Shown here: positions 62,794 to 64,000 of the stretch, piece after piece
Layout: every line of letters starts with the position of its first letter
Position numbering within the stretch: position 1 is the first letter of the stretch
From: a virus
Length of the DNA stretch: 64,000 nt
IMG/VR virus record: IMGVR_UViG_3300044615_000494
Reading direction: 5' to 3' (one strand)
Position numbers and translations under genes: made by a program
The notes under the pieces: generated by a model
Told to the model about the DNA's origin: nothing
The model's database searches: none
Seen by the model: the letters and a program-made list of their open reading frames with translations, nothing else

Positions 62794-64000
62794 TTCTTGC
62801 TACTATTGCCCCAATTGCTTGCGCCAACTTTACGGCACTTGACTAATGCACCTGATGCATAAGCACTAGGCCATACTTTATAACGGCTCTTGACTTTGCT
62901 ATAACATGCGTCTTTTTCTTCGTCAACTTGATCTTCCGCCACACCTTGCTGTTGGTTAGAATTGCTAAACAACGAATCGATTACTTTTTTGCCACCATAT
63001 AATATGGCCAACACAATACCAGTAGGGATAGCAAATTTAAAAGCCACCTGGGCTAGTTCCATGATTGTTTTTTCTTCCAGTGCTGTGCCCACTTTGGCAG
63101 TTATGGCCTTGGCAATGTCAGCCGCAGAAGATCCAATTTCGTAGGCACCTAGTCCAACCCCAATTTTATCTGCATTCTTGGCTGCAATCTCTGCACCAGA
63201 TTTAGCAACTGGTGCGGCCGCTTTCGCTGTAGCCTTACCTGTATTTTTAAGCACTTGTGCAATTTTAGGTGCCATTGTAATTACTAATCTAGCACCTGCA
63301 GCCAATATCGGCGCAAGTTCATTTAATTGTTCTTCTTTGGTTAGTTCACGGCCAATAATTCCGCCGCCGGTACCACCTACTGCACCGCCGATAATTCCAC
63401 CAATTGGGCCTCCAACTGCGCTACCTGCCACGTGGCCAGCAATTCCTCCAATAGTACCGCCTGCTAATTCACCTTTCCAGCCCTCCGCCACACCTTGCTT
63501 CTCATACATTTGAACCATTTGGTTTACATAAAATTTGTAGAATTGTAAACGATTCTTAAATTCTTGTGTACCAATTTCTACAATTAGTGCTTTAACAGCA
63601 TCATTGATACTTGGGCCTTCCATTCTTTTCAATGCGTTTGTGACAAGTGAATCTACACGTTCTTTACTTTCTTCAAAATTGCTCATACCACCGGCGATAA
63701 CACCGCCCTCTTGCATATATGTTTTGTGTTCTAGATATTCACGAACTGTGTTTAGATAGTCATTGGCTTTGATGATTTTCTCTTGTACCCAGCCCTCTAG
63801 ACCCTCGTCTTCTGAAACCTGATGTATCATCTTATAGATTTCTTTAGCATTCTGTGCCGCATGGAATAAGTCGCTACGTGCCATCTCTACTTCGTGATCT
63901 CTACGGTCTTGATCTTTAGGTATGAATCCGGGCTTCAGTTTCTTCCCTTGTCCGGGGACTAGTATAAGGTCTGCTTCATTGACTTCTGCTTCACTGACTT
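62790..64000 (-). CDS. Large modular putative head protein; 5' end lies beyond the window
   Basis: Frame is open from 64000 (VSEAEVNEADLILVPG...DHEVEMAR); GVAE|GW, QLNE|LA, GVAE|DQVDE|EKDACY. Confidence 0.75.
   Translation of the reverse strand, partial: VSEAEVNEADLILVPGQGKKLKPGFIPKDQDRRDHEVEMARSDLFHAAQNAKEIYKMIHQVSEDEGLEGWVQEKIIKANDYLNTVREYLEHKTYMQEGGVIAGGMSNFEESKERVDSLVTNALKRMEGPSINDAVKALIVEIGTQEFKNRLQFYKFYVNQMVQMYEKQGVAEGWKGELAGGTIGGIAGHVAGSAVGGPIGGIIGGAVGGTGGGIIGRELTKEEQLNELAPILAAGARLVITMAPKIAQVLKNTGKATAKAAAPVAKSGAEIAAKNADKIGVGLGAYEIGSSAADIAKAITAKVGTALEEKTIMELAQVAFKFAIPTGIVLAILYGGKKVIDSLFSNSNQQQGVAEDQVDEEKDACYSKVKSRYKVWPSAYASGALVKCRKVGASNWGNSSKK

Noticed and set aside
1-64000. Numerous plus-strand ORFs of 60-200 aa in the ORF track (e.g. 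1856..2245, 8487..8942, 12557..13177, 56576..56929)
   Set aside because: They are antisense shadows of well-supported minus-strand genes, with no motifs and no SD or promoter support
1-64000. Alternative genetic code (stop-codon recoding, as in some large phages)
   Set aside because: Standard-code ORFs tile the window with tight stop/start coupling, and conserved proteins are full length
1-64000. tRNA genes, CRISPR arrays, integrase or IS elements
   Set aside because: No cloverleaf/TTCGA arms, regularly spaced repeats or transposase motifs were seen by eye; intergenic gaps are short. A tRNAscan run would be needed to be certain.

Overview
A 64 kb segment of a large, AT-rich, probably lytic tailed dsDNA phage. 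It has T4-like replication and late-promoter logic and is likely an aquatic jumbo-type phage of a Proteobacterial host; host and taxon are inferred. No capsid, terminase, tail, integrase, tRNA or CRISPR features were seen. Genes are densely packed in the standard genetic code and lie almost all on the minus strand, apart from two plus-strand islands (4.1-5.1 kb and 27.3-29.2 kb). Modules from left to right: (1) a partial radical SAM gene, then a proteostasis/translation block (clpP, clpS, Hsp20 with a ROSE-like leader, ribosomal protein bS21, clpX); (2) envelope lipoproteins and a membrane protein split by a -1 frameshift at an A9 run; (3) small early genes with a paralog array, DNA ligase and duplicated sigma70 promoter cassettes; (4) RNase H, a DNA methyltransferase and UvsE; (5) a roughly 16 kb 7-deazaguanine DNA-modification region (folE, queD, queE, a second T-fold protein, a TGT/DpdA-like enzyme, no queC in the window) interleaved with glycosyltransferases, nucleotide-sugar enzymes, a purine PRTase, GMP reductase, an MBD4-like glycosylase and SGNH-like paralogs, with a pseudoknot-like RNA in the queD leader; (6) sulfotransferases, a putative sliding clamp and a family B DNA polymerase; (7) a TilS-like protein, secreted Asn/Thr- and Pro/Ser-rich proteins, a DfrB-like SH3 protein, thermonuclease, Dps, and a series of proteins with T4 capsid-targeting-like leaders and repeated xxE|A/G protease-site motifs. 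Family calls come from motif recognition by eye; no database search or folding computation was run.
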